Assembly (NCBI GenBank): GCA_051294375.1
Contig: CM119271.1
Location: 304,721-368,720 of the forward strand
DNA length: 64,000 nt
Direction: 5' to 3'
Source: Paraspadella gotoi
Taxonomy: Eukaryota; Animalia; Chaetognatha
Translations under genes and position numbers: made by a program
The notes under the pieces: model-generated
The model's database searches: none
What the model was told of the DNA's origin: nothing
Seen by the model: only the letters and a program-made list of their open reading frames with translations
Shown: positions 1-14,384 of the stretch, in pieces
Layout of the letters: each line of letters opens with the position of its first letter
Numbering within the stretch: position 1 is the first letter of the stretch

Positions 1-19
1 CTACTCGTCCCCTCCTTTT

Positions 20-3000
20 TCAAGCGTTGTAAGTAGTGGCGACGGCCTCTGGCCGACTGTCGGGCACGGCGTAGGTCCAGCCGGGCCTCTCCACTCGCCC
101 GTACTGGATGTCCATGAGCCGCTGATAGAGAGTTTTCCAAAGGGGCGTCTTCGGCTTCATGCTGGGGATGAGGAGTCGGTCGCCACAGTAGAGGATCGAC
201 TCGATGGGGGCGACGACGCAGGCCGTGCCGCAACCGAACATCTCGAGGAGGCGGTTTTGCCTCAGGGCGGAGGTGACGTCCTTCATAGTGAAGGTGCGCG
301 AGCTTACCTGTAATGAGGTGTTTTTATTCATATCAAATACAGATGCATACAAACATTAACAGCAAAAAGATAAACGGTTACTAAGTAAAAATAACCCCCA
401 CCTAAAAAAAATGATTTAAAAAAATAAAAATCTTAAAAACATAAGGATCGTCGCAATTGTATAAAAAAATATGGACCAATGACAAACTTTGACACTCAAA
501 AAATCAAATTCGGAGGCGTGGGTTCGAATCCCACCGCTGCCACCACAACGAAGGAAGTAGGCGTGGTTTATTAAGTGAGAAATAGGAGGAGTTTTATTGA
601 CATAAGAACACGTTGGAATGATGATAATTAACATACAAAATATGTAGATTATGCAGAGAAAAGGCAGGCAATAAACAATATAACAAATAGTCCATAAGGA
701 GTTTGATGTTTGATGAGAGAGAGAGAGAGAGAAAGAGGCCAAATCGTTTTCGGACGAATCAGCAGCGGCAGCAGCAGAGGCAGCCAGAAAAAAAGAAAGA
801 AATCAAAAGGCAGCAGCAGCAGAAGCAACAGGAGAAAAGAGAGAAAAAGAAAGAAAGCCCCTGCAGAGCCCAAATCGTTTTCGAATCAGCAGAAGCAGCT
901 GCAAACTAGTTTTTTTTCCGATGAATCAGCAACTGGGGAAAAGAGAGAGAGAGCTACATATAATTAAAAAGAGAAAAGAGAGAGAAGGAAACATAAAAAT
1001 AAAAATGGAGGAAATTTGTTTGTTTTGATAAAACAAACAAAACATATTTAATAACTGTCCTCACCCGATTTCAAGGACCTCGATGATGAGAAGCTGTATA
1101 TAAATTTTCAGCTTCATACACACAAATTTAATCATCAAAAAGGCGATCTATAAATTGGAACGCCGACAACGACGACAACAACGACGCCACTTATGTGCAA
1201 AACCACAGCAAAATAAATAAAATAAATATTTCTACATATATATAAAAGTAAATACTAAAAGTACGGTAATGCTAGCGTTTTGATGAATTATTCAGTTCTC
1301 ATTCGTCTAACATAACGTATTAAATAACAAAATAGTCATAAAATAATGGAAGGATCACCATTTGGTGATGGCTCGCCTGTATCTGGATATTACTATCTAG
1401 GAAAAAAGTTAGAAATATTTTTTTTTAAAAGTTCATTTATTCAATAAAAAATATACAAAACATGGGTAAAACATTCTCAATATTTGGTATGCCCTCCCTC
1501 GGCATCGACCACTGCCTGCATTCGTCTGGGCATGCTCTCGTAAAGCGAATTGAGGTACGAAGGTGAAATGTTTTTCCACACCTTTAGCGCAATTCTTTTC
1601 AGCCCCGATGTTGATGTTGCGCGTTCTCGACTTTGCATCTTTTTCATCTGCGACCAAAGCGATTCAATTGGATTGAGATCGGGGGAGTTCCCCGGCCAAC
1701 CAGAGAATAAGTTGATATGATGATTGGCATGCCACTGCTTCGTCGTAGCGGCTCTATGCGCAGGAGCTCCGTCTTCCATAAAGCGATAGGATCCACGATT
1801 TCCGCGCTTCAGAAAAGATTTTATGTTTGCCTTCTTTAATATGTCCTGATAACGTACTGCATTGATGGTGCCATTGACAAAAACCAGCTTGCTTTTTTTC
1901 GTCCTTGTGATGGCACCAAAGACCATGATTTTGACCGGGTGCTTCGTTGTAGTTGCGACACACTCCGGAAGAAAAGCTTCACCAGAGCGACGCCGAATAA
2001 ACTGCAACCTGCCATTTTCTCGAATCTGAATCCACGATTCATCAGAGAAGGCAACCTTTGACCAGTCAGCGACGGACCAATGGAGATGATCTTGTGCAAA
2101 CTTGAGACGCTTTGCTTTGATTTTCTCTGTCTTTAAGCTTGTCTTTTGAGGTGTACGAGCTGAAAGTCCTGCTGCGACCAGACGGTTGTTGACCGTTCTT
2201 CAATCAACATTAACGCGGTGCTTTGTAGCTTTCCTCCATTCCTTATTCAGCTCAGACGCCGACTTTTTTCGATCCGCTAAGCAGAGTCTTTCAAGAATCT
2301 GGTCTTGAGCTGGTGTGGTACTTTTTGGTCTTCCAGAGCGTGCTGACACACCAAATGTTTTTGATTTGTTGTATCGCCGTAAAAAATTTGCAATGGTGAA
2401 ACGAGGGATTCCAAGTCTATTGCTGATGAATTGTTGTTGCGTCTTTCCCTCTTTTCTCAGAGCTACAATTGCACCTTTATGAACCAAAGAGAGGGGCTGT
2501 CTATTCGGCATAACCAAATTTAAAAAAATGAAAAAAATAACTAACTCAATTTGAAATAGAAACAAATAACTCAATACCAAGAATTGTGGAAAACTAAAGG
2601 CGATTTTTTCCGCCATTTTTCACTTGAGGTAGCAATCTTATTTTGCCTCTAACTTCTATACGGTTGGATCTACGAAAAAATGGAAGGAAGCAACTGAAAG
2701 GAAATTTAGTGTAGAATCTGAAACATCCTGATTTTTTAAAAATCGAGCAAGTTTTCGAGTAGATATCCTCAAGTAAAAATGTTTCTAACTTTTTTCCTAG
2801 ATAGTAGGATTAAAGAGCCGAAATCCATGAAGGGTATAGGTTCCCAACTGATGACCTTGTATTTAAACAGAGAAAAAAAAATCTTAAAAGCATAAGGATC
2901 GTCGCAATTGCATAAGAAAAATCTGGATTGACGACAAATTTTGATACTAAGAAAAATCAAATTTGAAAAAAAAAAATTAATTTATAAACAGAAAGAAAAA

Positions 3001-6000
3001 GAAGAAAAGAATAAATAAAGAATAGAAAGGAAAGAAAGAATATAAAAGAAGAATAGAAAGGAAAGAAAGAATAGAAAGGAAAGAAAGAATAAAAAGGAAA
3101 GAAAGAATAGAAAGGATAGAAAGAAAGGAAAGAAAGAATAGAAAGGAAAGAAAGAATAGATAGGGGAAAAAAAGAAAATTAATTTATAAACAGAAAGAAA
3201 AATTTTATTTTGCGATTGTCAATTTACAGTTACAGTTTCTGAAAGAAAAAAAAAACATTTTTCATTGTCAAAAGAATAAATATAAAACAGTAAAATAACT
3301 TATTTTCGAGTTTAATTTTTAGCAAGTGCTAAGACTGGAGTAACATTATTGAAGGTACTTTTGTTTTACTTTAAGCACGCATAAGCGAGCAGTTTGATCG
3401 AATGCGACCTCTCTAAACACTGTCAGCATTCCCAGACAAAAGACAAAGTGAAACTTGAATCAGACTGACGAAGTGAAGTAAAGACTAAAGTGAAATAAAA
3501 ACCCGATGTTACTATAGCAAAATGATAACATGCACGAATGCGATGCCTAATTTTACGAGTTCAATCCCAATTCAATTTTTTTTAAAATAAAAACACAGAG
3601 AGAGAGAGAGAGAGAAAGAGAGAGAAGAAAGAAATCAAATGGCAGCAGCAGAAGCAGCAGGAGAAAAGAGAGAAAAAGAGAAAGCCCCTGCAGAGCCAGC
3701 TGCAGACTCAAAAGGCAGCAGCAAAAGCAGCAGGAGAAAATAGAGAAAAAGAATAAGCCCCTGCAGAGCCAGCTGCAGACTCGTTTTTTTTCCCTATGAT
3801 TATGAATCAGTGAATATTTAAAAACTTACACTCGAAATATAAAGGTGCCCCTATAAAAATTTTTTTTCCCAGTATGTATCCCTATCAGAGCATACGATTC
3901 TACTTAGTAGTCTAAATAAAAAAAAATGAAAAAATCAGACATAACCTTAGTCCCCCAAAAAAATTACCCATTCCATCTCTTTCTGTTCAGCCTTTTAGAT
4001 ATTATGAGGTTCTCATTAATGATTTTCTTACAGAAATGATGTGTGATATCTATTTCGAAAACCAGGTCAGAAAGTAATATAACCTTGTGTTGTATACATG
4101 TTCCCTCTATCTCCAGAATACAACACCAACAACCCTCTCCCATTAATAATATATTTTCAGATTTAGATTATCAAAAACCAAAATTAATATAAATAATAAT
4201 AATATTGAAAATATAGAATTTATAATATGAAAATTTGCAAATTACTTGTTTCACTATTTTCTATTTTTATATTTTATGAAGGATTTAGTATTTAATCTTA
4301 TTATTTAATCAAATATATATTGCTTTCTTTCTTAAAAATGTTTTATTTATCTAATAATTCAATTTGGGAAGGGGAAGTCAGTGTTGTCTTCTGGTTAGAT
4401 TACTATCTGTCCTAGTTTTCTAATAGATATCACACATCATTTCTGTTAGAAAGTCATTAATGAAAAATCATAATATCTAAGAGGCTGAACAGAAAGGGGT
4501 GGGAATGGATAATTTTTTGAGGGGTGACCAAAGTTATATATGATTTTTTTTACCAATAGGGATAAGACTACCATGTAGAATTGTATGTTCTGATAGGGAT
4601 ACATACCGGGGAAAGGTCTATAGGGGCACCTTTATGTCATGAATATAATTTTAAAATTATATTTTTTCTTTATTCTACTTTTTAATTATTTCTTTTTTGA
4701 ATAATTTTTATCTTTTATTTTTATACAATGGGAAGGTCATCAGTTGGGAACCTATACCCTTCATGGATTTCGGCTATTTAATCCCAATATCCAGGTATAG
4801 GCGAGTCATCACCAAATGGTGATCCTTCATTGTTGCTTATCTTATATTTTAAATGTATATCTTGAATGTTTATCTGAAACAGAACAAAGCCCTGGCATCA
4901 CAGCATTATTAATTTTAGAGAAATTTTATTCAGGTTTTGTAATAATTTGTAATTTGTAAATAAATAAAATAAGTTAAATAATTAGTTTAATAATAAGTTA
5001 ATAATTAAGGGTATGTTAATGTAAAGTTAACATTAAGTTAATTGGTAATAGTTAAAAAATAAATTAAATCAGAGAGTTAAATAAGTTAAATAAGTTATTT
5101 AAATAATATTGTTGATGTTATTATTATAATTATTATTTAGTGGTTTATTTTTGTTATTTTTTCCTTATCATTTTTATTAGGAACTATCATGTATATTGTA
5201 TAATCTTTTTTTTTTTTTTTTAAATTTTAATGAATATTATAAAATCTAAGACTTAAAATAGTGAAACAAGTAATTTTGCAATTTTCATAATAGAAATATA
5301 ATAATAAGCAATTTAGGTAGTCAATAAGTACATTGTTTCTAACTACATATATATGTACTATAAAAAATTTTTTTCAATATCTCGTTTGCTTTTTGTGGAA
5401 GATGGCGCAAGAGAACGTGGTTATAACTAAGTTTAAGTAAGGATTCTTAATGCTAAAACACAAACATTTAAACAGTCTGTCTACACTAGGGGGAGGTTCT
5501 GACTATTACAACAGCTTTCGCGGACGTTTTTTTTTCCTGTTCTTTATATCAATGTAAGAATGTAAGAAGCCAAACATAAATCTACCTTAAACCCCCCGAT
5601 CTCTTTCGCCAGGCTGAGGAGACTGTTCCGCGTGACGCCGGGCAGAATGACGCCCGTCTCCAACGGCGGCGTCATTAATTCCTTCTCTCCATCTTCGTTG
5701 ATCCAAAACATGAAGATGTTCATCGTCCCGACTTCGGTGAGCTGGTGATCATTGCCGTAAAGCCACAGCACCTATGGAAAGAGATAGAAAAGAAAAGGAG
5801 TTAAGAATGGGCGTTTTAACCGATTAACGGTTAAACGTTAATCACCGATTAAAAATAATTCTAACCGATCGGTTAATTTGGTAAAATTAACCGGTCAATT
5901 TACTAATTAGACATCGTGAATTTCCTTTCTTTTCGTTGTGGTTGCGTAATTGGAAAACTCATATCCCTCAAATCTTTCAACTTTCATTTTTCATATTCAC

Positions 6001-9000
6001 TAATTTATAGTAGTTAATTGTTAAAAATATTTATTATAACTTTTAGTTCAAAGATTTTATCTTTGTTGTACATTGCATAATGTATTGTTTATAATGTTTC
6101 TCTCTCTCTCTCTTTTTCCCTTTCACCATTTAATTTCTTTTCACAATCTTTTCACAATCTTAACCTGTCCTCACATCTGACCACTATTCTTTTCTCATCT
6201 CTGTGTTGGAAACTTTGCCCTCTCTCTCTATTTTTCTCTCTTTCTCTCTCTTCTTCTTTTGCACAAAAAATAATTTCAAAATTCACAAAACAATTCCCAA
6301 AACTTTTCTCCCCCATTTTAGATTATATATGTAACTATATATATATAACTATAACTATAACTATATATATAACTATATATATATATAGAGTTCAGACTTG
6401 AATCTTACCCCCCTAATCGATCTTCCCACACGCACAATTGTTTTACAAAGTTGTTTTATTTTTTATAGCTGAAGAATCGTTAAGGATTTTGCTATCTTTT
6501 GGATTATATTTTTTTTTACATATGAATCAGTGACTAGAGAAAAGAGAGAGGGAGAGAGACATATAATTAAAGGAGAAAAGAGAGAGAGAGAGAAAGAAAT
6601 ATAAAAATAAAAGAGAAAATTTGTTTGTTTTGATAAAACGTAAACAAAACATTTAATAACTGTCCTGACTCAATTTTAAGCACATCGATGATGAGAAGCT
6701 GTATATAAATTTTCAGCTTCATACACCCAAATTTAATCATAAAAAAGGTGATCTATAATTTGGAACGCCGACAACAACAACGACGACGACGCCACTTTTG
6801 TGCAAAACCACAGCAAAATCGTCGCAAACGCAAAGCGATTGCGATGATAAAAACACATGTTTCGGCTAGGTTGTTAGCCTTCTTCAGTGCAAATTTAGTT
6901 TGTGAAATTTCACAATATATGATAATGAGAGAGAGAGAGAAAGAGAGCTCTTTCTTCATATTATTATTTTACCATATTAAAAAAAATAAACTATCAACTT
7001 TATATTTTCACCTTCACTTTCATTTATTTCAATGTTTATTATTTAACAATGTAGTTATTTATTACTTTCGTAGTTTCAAATTTTAATCACGTTACTGCTT
7101 ACTTATTTACATTGCCTAAATGTATTTTACTGTACTAACTGAATTTCAATTTCCTTTTAATTTCCCTTTCTCAATCTTACTGTCCTTAACATGTAATCTA
7201 ACATTCTCTTTCTCTCTCTTTCTCTCTCATTGTCTCATTGAAGAAGGCTAACATTTTGCATAAAAAGAGCAAAGAAATGTCCCTCTTTAAAATGACGGGG
7301 AAGAGACAATTTTAATTATAAAAAGTTAATTCCGGTAAACTCACTTTACCACCTCCAACATTAGTTGATTTTTTTTTTGTTTTTTGTTATTACAATTTTT
7401 CTTTCATGAATTCCTTTTTAATTTATTTTTATTGAAAATAAAAATTATTTTTTGTTACTTAGTTTTATCATTATAATGATAGTTGGCAAATTAACCGATT
7501 TTAACGGTTCACCGGTTAAATTTTAGCATTTTAACCAATAATTAAAATTTTTAAGAATCGAAAGAAAGAAATTGGTTCAAACAATATAAAAAAATCTTAA
7601 AAATATAGTGATCTCGCCAAACGTTATTATCAAAGAAAATTAATGAAAAAGTCCGGAGAAAAAAACGAATGATTGATGCGATAACAAATTATTGATAAAA
7701 TAATAATTGATTGATATAATAATAATTGATTAATGTAATAGTAATTGATTATTCATGCGATGATAACCAAATGATTGATACCATTATTGTCATTCATTGA
7801 TATGATAATAATTATTCATTGACGCGATGAATCATTCATTATAAATAAAACAAACAAATGCCTGTATGAGTGAGAGAGAAAGATAGAAAGAAAAAAAAAA
7901 GTTCAACCGTTATAGAGCTGAATTAGTTTTTAAATAAATCAGAAGAGGCAGCGCCTGACAAAAAAAAGAATATATATATAATTTAAAAAAAAAAAAATGT
8001 TGCAATTATTTACAATTAAAAATTATTATAATTTTTTTTTAATTGGAAGTTATAAAAATGTGTATTTTTATTTATATTAAAATTTAGATATAGCTTATAA
8101 TCAAAAAGGTCTTTTAAAATCATTTAAAATCATTTTTCATTAGCATTTAGTATTCTATATACTAATTTGCATATTATAATAAATAATTTGCATATTGCAG
8201 TAAATCATAATAAAGTGAAAATTTAAACAAAAAATACTTAAATCAATATAAAACATAAAAATTTCAAAAATATTTTAAGATAAAAAGCTATATCTAAATT
8301 TTTAGCTTACTATGATTGGACACTTTTATAAAAATTTATCGTAATTTATAGTAGTTTTTATTTAAATCAAAACTATATAAACGTAATAGTTTTTATATAA
8401 TAAAAGAAAGAAGTTACAAAGAAGCTAAAGCGATCCAAAATCACGCCGTCTGGCGAAATAATTATCATTAATTTAATAAATAAGCTATCATTAGCCATAG
8501 CCAATGAAATTTAAATGTTAATGTATACAGCGTTAAAATAATCTATCATGACCATAGATTATAGTATTAAAATATTTTTAGTCAAAAAATATTTTTTCTG
8601 AGGGTACTCGCCTAATTAAAATCATTATATTATATAAAGAAAAAAACATTTTTTTTAAATCTTAAAATTTTTGGATGGATTCTGATAAGAGCATAAAAAG
8701 TTAAACAAGAAATACAATTACAGCTTTTAAAAATTCTTAAGTTTTCTTAGTAAAAATCTAAAAAAACCGATAAAATCATCAAAAGATGATGATGATGATA
8801 ATTTTTTACAGTTTTTCTTATGTTTGACATACTTATGATAAAAATATTTAAAAAAGACTTATACTTTGTGCAGACAACTTTTTATGAGCTGTCTGAATCT
8901 GGTCTTAAAATTTAAAATTTCTCCAAAAAAATTTTGGCCTTTCCTATCTATAAATAAATATTTAAAAATAATTATTAGGGTATAGACTATAGAACCATAT

Positions 9001-12000
9001 AAGAAATTTTTTGTCCATTGAAAGTATACTTAATAAAAATGTATAAATTTTCGTACTCGCTCTAATATTTTCGACTCACCCCATTGAGTGCCGCTACCCC
9101 TACTATCATGCCCTTGACTTTGGTGGTTCAAGGCCTACATCCTTCTTCCAAGATAATGACTTTGCAGGTCCCTGCAAGATTTCAATCAAAACTCCTGGCT
9201 ACCTAGCTTCGCTATTAATGAAGTAGTACAATATTTCGAAGAATGTTTTAATTGTATTATTGGAGTGATTGATTGATAGATTATCCCAATCACCTGCTGA
9301 CAGCCGTGCTTTTGCTCGGCGTGTTTCTGCACGTAGAGAGTTGGCGCATAATTGGCGCCCATCTTGGTGTTGCCCGAACCGCCCGGCCATGCCCGGACAA
9401 AGCTGGGATCGGCCAAGAGAGAGACGGGTTTGAACCCCGTCGGGTAGTACGGGCCCACGGGGCCTGAGAGAGCAGGATAAAATAGGGGAGATTTTGAATG
9501 TTTGAGAAAGAGAAGAAAGCGATATTTCATTTCGGCGCATAAGAGATGAAGAATTAACATTGGGTTTTCAATCTCTTTTTTCTTTCTTACCTGTAAGGAC
9601 GAAGAGCAGAGCGGAGGTGCCGGCTCCAACGCCGAGGGATGCTTCAGTGGAGATCATTGTTGGGCGGATATAGAGAGACGCCTCTGACGATCGGGGGACC
9701 CACTTGGCGTCGAGTGACACTGGGTATAAGAGGGGAACTGGTAATAGTCAAAGGCCAATTGGTTGCGGCCTTTCAATCGGAAATTTAAGTTATAGATTTT
9801 GTTTGCGTATGCGCGAGCGCGAAATAATATCAAAATCCCTTAAACATTAAGCGAGTCACCCCCTTCTCATTTCAGCCGAATCGGACGCGCGACACTCGTG
9901 AAAAAAGCGTCGGACAGAAATTCGCTTTACCGTCAATCTTGACATGAAGGCGACAATTTCGTTTTCGCGAGACCCATCTTTTCGGCCTCCGTTGCTTTTT
10001 TGTTTTTAATTACTTTTTTTAAATCCCCAATCTTCCCCACATTTTTCCCGTCCGATTTTCGTTGCATACATGAATGCTAAAGATCACGAAGACGACGACG
10101 TATCATGAGTGCGTGAATCTAGAGTGCACGTTAGCGTGTACCGGATCAAGGCCGCTTTCGATCAGAGGACGTTAGAAAGTAAAGGGTCGGCGTGAGCGGG
10201 CGCGCCTTTGCGCCATGACGGGCGATTGAGACAAGTTCTCTTCTGTAGTCATGGAACCGCACAGCGTGTTGTCGAGCGTCGTGCGCCTGCGCGGCGTTAC
10301 TTACTTTCAACAGAACTACATCCGGTTGGGTCTCTTGGGCGCCGGCGGTTTCGGCAAAGTGTGGAACGGGTTCAGGCTCTCCGACTGCAGTCCCGCCGCA
10401 ATTAAGGTATCATTGCGATGCATTCTTGGCAGGTTGGCAAGATAAAGGAGGGAATATGGTAGGTCATCGGTTTCATTTCTAGATGGTTGTGGTGTTTTAT
10501 CAAATATCCAATCACACCAGAAAAGGACTTCTTTTTCCCAGGAAGTCGAGATGCGTAAGGTGCCCCAATGGGGAAAACTCAACGGCGAGCGTGTCCCCAT
10601 GGAGGTCGTCTTCATGGTGAAACTCGGAGGAGCGGAAGGCGTCATCGGTCTCATGGACGTCTGCGTCGACGAAGACAAGGAGAAGTATTTGATTGTCATG
10701 GAGCGACCGAACAGGGTGAACCATAGAGATAGAGAGTATGGGATATGGGGAAAATGTGTTGAAGATTGTACGAAATTGGTACGACCAATTTAAAAAAAAT
10801 CATTCATTCAATAAACAAGCTGTCTTGCACACGACTTTGGGTTGCGGACTCCTCTAACAAAATAATAACATAGCAGGATCATGCGAGGTTTAAATCAAGA
10901 CTTTCAGAGTTCCTGGCTACCCTGTGTAATATATGAGTATAGAATACCTCTCACCTCCCTTCCTCAGTCGTCACCCACTCCTCCCCTCCTCACTCCTCAG
11001 TCGTCACCCACTCCTCCTCCTTCCTTCCCTCAGTTTCTCGACCTTTTCGACTACATCTCCCAGCGTCGGAGCCTCGGCGAGACAGAATCGCGCCGGATCT
11101 TTGGCCAAGTGGTGCGCGCCGTCACCGCCTGCGAAGAGCACGGCGTCTTTCACGGTGACGTCAAGGACGAGAACGTCGTCGTCGATCTCGACACGGGAGA
11201 CGTCAAGATCATCGACTTTGGCGGAGCCAGGATTTTGAGAAGAAGGTTGGGGAAGGGGTTGTTACCCTTTTGACCAAGTGCAATTGATTGTTGGCGGATC
11301 GACAAACCGTGTGAAAAACAAGTTCATCGCCTATATATTTCCAGTCAATTTTTCGCCAATTTTTCGTCCTTTCTTCTTCCTTATTTTCAAGTCACTATCG
11401 CACCTTCCTCGGCACCGGCCTATGGAGCCCGCCCGAATGCCTCCGCCGACGGCCCTTCACCGCCGAGCGGGCGACCGTCTGGTCTCTCGGATGCCTCCTT
11501 TACGACATGCTCTTCGGCGATATTCCCTTCAAGACCAACGCCGCGGCGCTGGAGGCGCGCCTCCGGTTCCGCGACGGCGGCGGCGGCGCCAGCAAGGAGG
11601 CGCGCGACCTCATAGCGGCCTGCCTTCGTCCAGAGCCCGAGAAGAGGCTGTCGTTAAAGGAAGTGGCGGCGCATCCGTGGACGAGGAGGGCGACGGCGCC
11701 GTCGGGAAGGGTGGCGGCGACGGTGGGGGCGGGGTGGAGGCCCGCCAAGGAAAGAAGGGAGCGCAGGATGGGGGCTGGAGGGGACGGGGGTGGCGGCGGA
11801 TGCGGCGCCGCAGAAGCCGGTGACGTCGGGGATAAAGTGTTGTGGGGGAGAGCGAGCGCGTGGGAGAGGAGGAAGAGGGAGGATGGGAGAAGCGGAGGGA
11901 GAAAGAGGGAAGAAAGATTCGAAGACGAGATAGAGGAAACAACGATGACGAAAGAGAGGCAAAATGGAGAGAGAGGGGGAAACGGAGGAGGAAGAAATCA

Positions 12001-14340
12001 CGCGGGAATTTTCCGCAGGGTCGACCACAACAACAACAACGACGATGCCAACTACCCCGTGATCGAGATGGAGGGAATTTACAAGGGAATGGAACAGTGG
12101 ATGAATCACGACGAAAAATCCAGGATGGTCGTCCGAGTTTAAAACATCTTTTTAATCTGTGTGTGTATGTCTTATGTTTTTTTAAAACAAACCACGCCTC
12201 GCTTGTCATTTATTCGCGCGCGGGATTACGATGTGAGGAATTTATCTATTTATTTATTTATTTATTGGGCGGGGGGGAGATGCGAGCGGCGAGCGGTACG
12301 GTTTATTATTCTTGCCGATACAGATTAAGTGCGATGCGTCGTATTACGTGATTCCAAATGCAATGTATATGAATATTGAATAATACAATTTTTCATCATT
12401 AAAAATATCCTCACTAGGATTTATTTCCAACCAAAAAACGGCAGGTTTAGGCTTTAGCCTTAGGCCAACCCGTTCGAAGAAAGAATCCTCACCCAACTTG
12501 GCGATGAGCTTAATGAGCTGATCACCGTCGAAGTTGGGCAAACAGGCGCGAGTGGCCGAGCTGTTCATGCGCTCCATGTTGAGCTCCGGCCGGAAGAGGC
12601 GAATGACGTCGTCGTCAACGCCGCGGTAGGCCTTCATCCCTTCGAAAAGCTCGCCAGCGTAGTGAAGGACTTTGGCCGCAGGGTGGAGGTCGAGGGAACG
12701 GACGGGGTGGATCTGACGAGCGGAATTTACAATTTAACATGTATTAATGAAAGTTTTTAAGTTTTATTGATCAAAAGGTAAATAAGATTGAATATGAATC
12801 AAATTAAAATGCTGAGGCTATCAAATTTGTCTAACAGATCTTGTAGAAGAAAGGGAGGTTTTGGTGATGGAAGTCGTTTTGTGAATCGTGAAAGTCTGTT
12901 TGGGCGATTGCCTGGTGGAAAATATGGGATGGACGTAGAAATAAAATTTCGAGAAAACATTTAAGCCTCTCAATAGTTTGAGTAGCCGCGCTCAATGGGG
13001 TGAGTCAAAAATTTAGAGCGAGTACATGCTCAAACGAAAATTTATACATTTTTAAGTATACTTTCAATGGACAAAAAAATTGTTATATGGCTCAATAGTA
13101 CCCTAGTAATTATTTTTTTAATATTTATTTATAGATAGGAAAGGCCAAAAAAATTTTTGAGAGATTTTACATTTTAAGATCAGATTCAGATAGCTCATAA
13201 AAAGTTGTCTACACAAAGTATAATTCTTTTTTAAATATTTTTATGATAAATAGGTCAAAAATAAGAAAAATTTAAAAAAATTATCATTATTTTTCCATGA
13301 TTTTATCGGTTTTTTTAGATTTTTACTGAGAAAACGTAAGAATTTTTAAAAGCTGTAATTATATTTCTTGCTTAACTTTTTATGCTCTATCAGAATCCAT
13401 AAAAAATGTTAAGATTTTTAAAAAAATTTATTTTCATTTCATTTCAAATTATTTCTCAAACGAAAAAAGAAAGGATATATTATAATAATATAATAATTTT
13501 AATTAGGCTAGTACCATCAGAAAAAAGTTTTTTTGACAAAAATATTTTATTACTATAATCTATGCTCATGATAGCTTATTCTAATGCTGTATACATTAGC
13601 ATTTCAATTTCATCGGTTATGGCTATCAATAGGGTCCAACTCCGGAAGTAATATAAAATTTAAACTATTAGTAAAGTTTTTTAGTTGACTTTACTAACTA
13701 ATTAAGTAATCATATTTACAAAAAAACTACATTAAATATCTTGATTAATACATGAAATATTACTTGTCTTTATTTGCATTATAAATTTTTTTTCTGAAAT
13801 CAAAAATTTTTTTGATGGATTCTGATTGAGCAATGAGCATAATTACAGCTTTTAAAAATTCCTACATTTTTTAAATGAAAATATAAAAAAAAAATAAAAT
13901 CATCGAAAGATAATGATAACGATTTTTTACGGTTCTTATTTTTCACTCGCTTATCTTAAAAATAATTAAAAAAGAATATACTTTGTTTAGACAACTTTTT
14001 ATGAGCTATCTGAATCTGGTCTTAAAATTTAAAAATTCTAAAAAAAAAATATTAAAAAATTAATTATTTGGGTATAGACTCTAGAGCCATATAAAAAAAT
14101 TTTTTCCACTGAAAGTATACTTAAAAATGTATAAATTTTCGTTTGAGCATGTACTCATTCTAAATTTTTGACTCACCCCATTGTGTGGGGCTACCCCTAC
14201 TCTCAAGAATGTACCTTGGGCTTATGCCATCCGTTCCCCGACGTCCACTCGACGCTTAACATGTGATCGGAAAAGAGAGAACCGAATCGGATGGAACTGT
14301 AGTCGGTCGGGGGTGTTCCACCTGAAGGTGATTAAGGGGT

Positions 14341-14384
<44 letters not shown>

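Larger units (their letters stand above)
1350..4828. repeat. Inverted pair of a ~95-bp element (1350-2858, split by the Tc1; 4733-4828)
   Basis: aaggatcaccatttggtgatggctcgcc...cccaactgatgacctt reappears in reverse complement at 4733-4828. Confidence 0.8.

Noticed and set aside
509-545. Functional tRNA gene
   Set aside because: No D arm, anticodon arm or 5' acceptor strand.
416-967. Gln/Lys/Arg-rich ORFs on both strands
   Set aside because: They derive from GA/CAG microsatellites in repeat family A; the same pattern recurs at 6748-7086 and 34336-34617.
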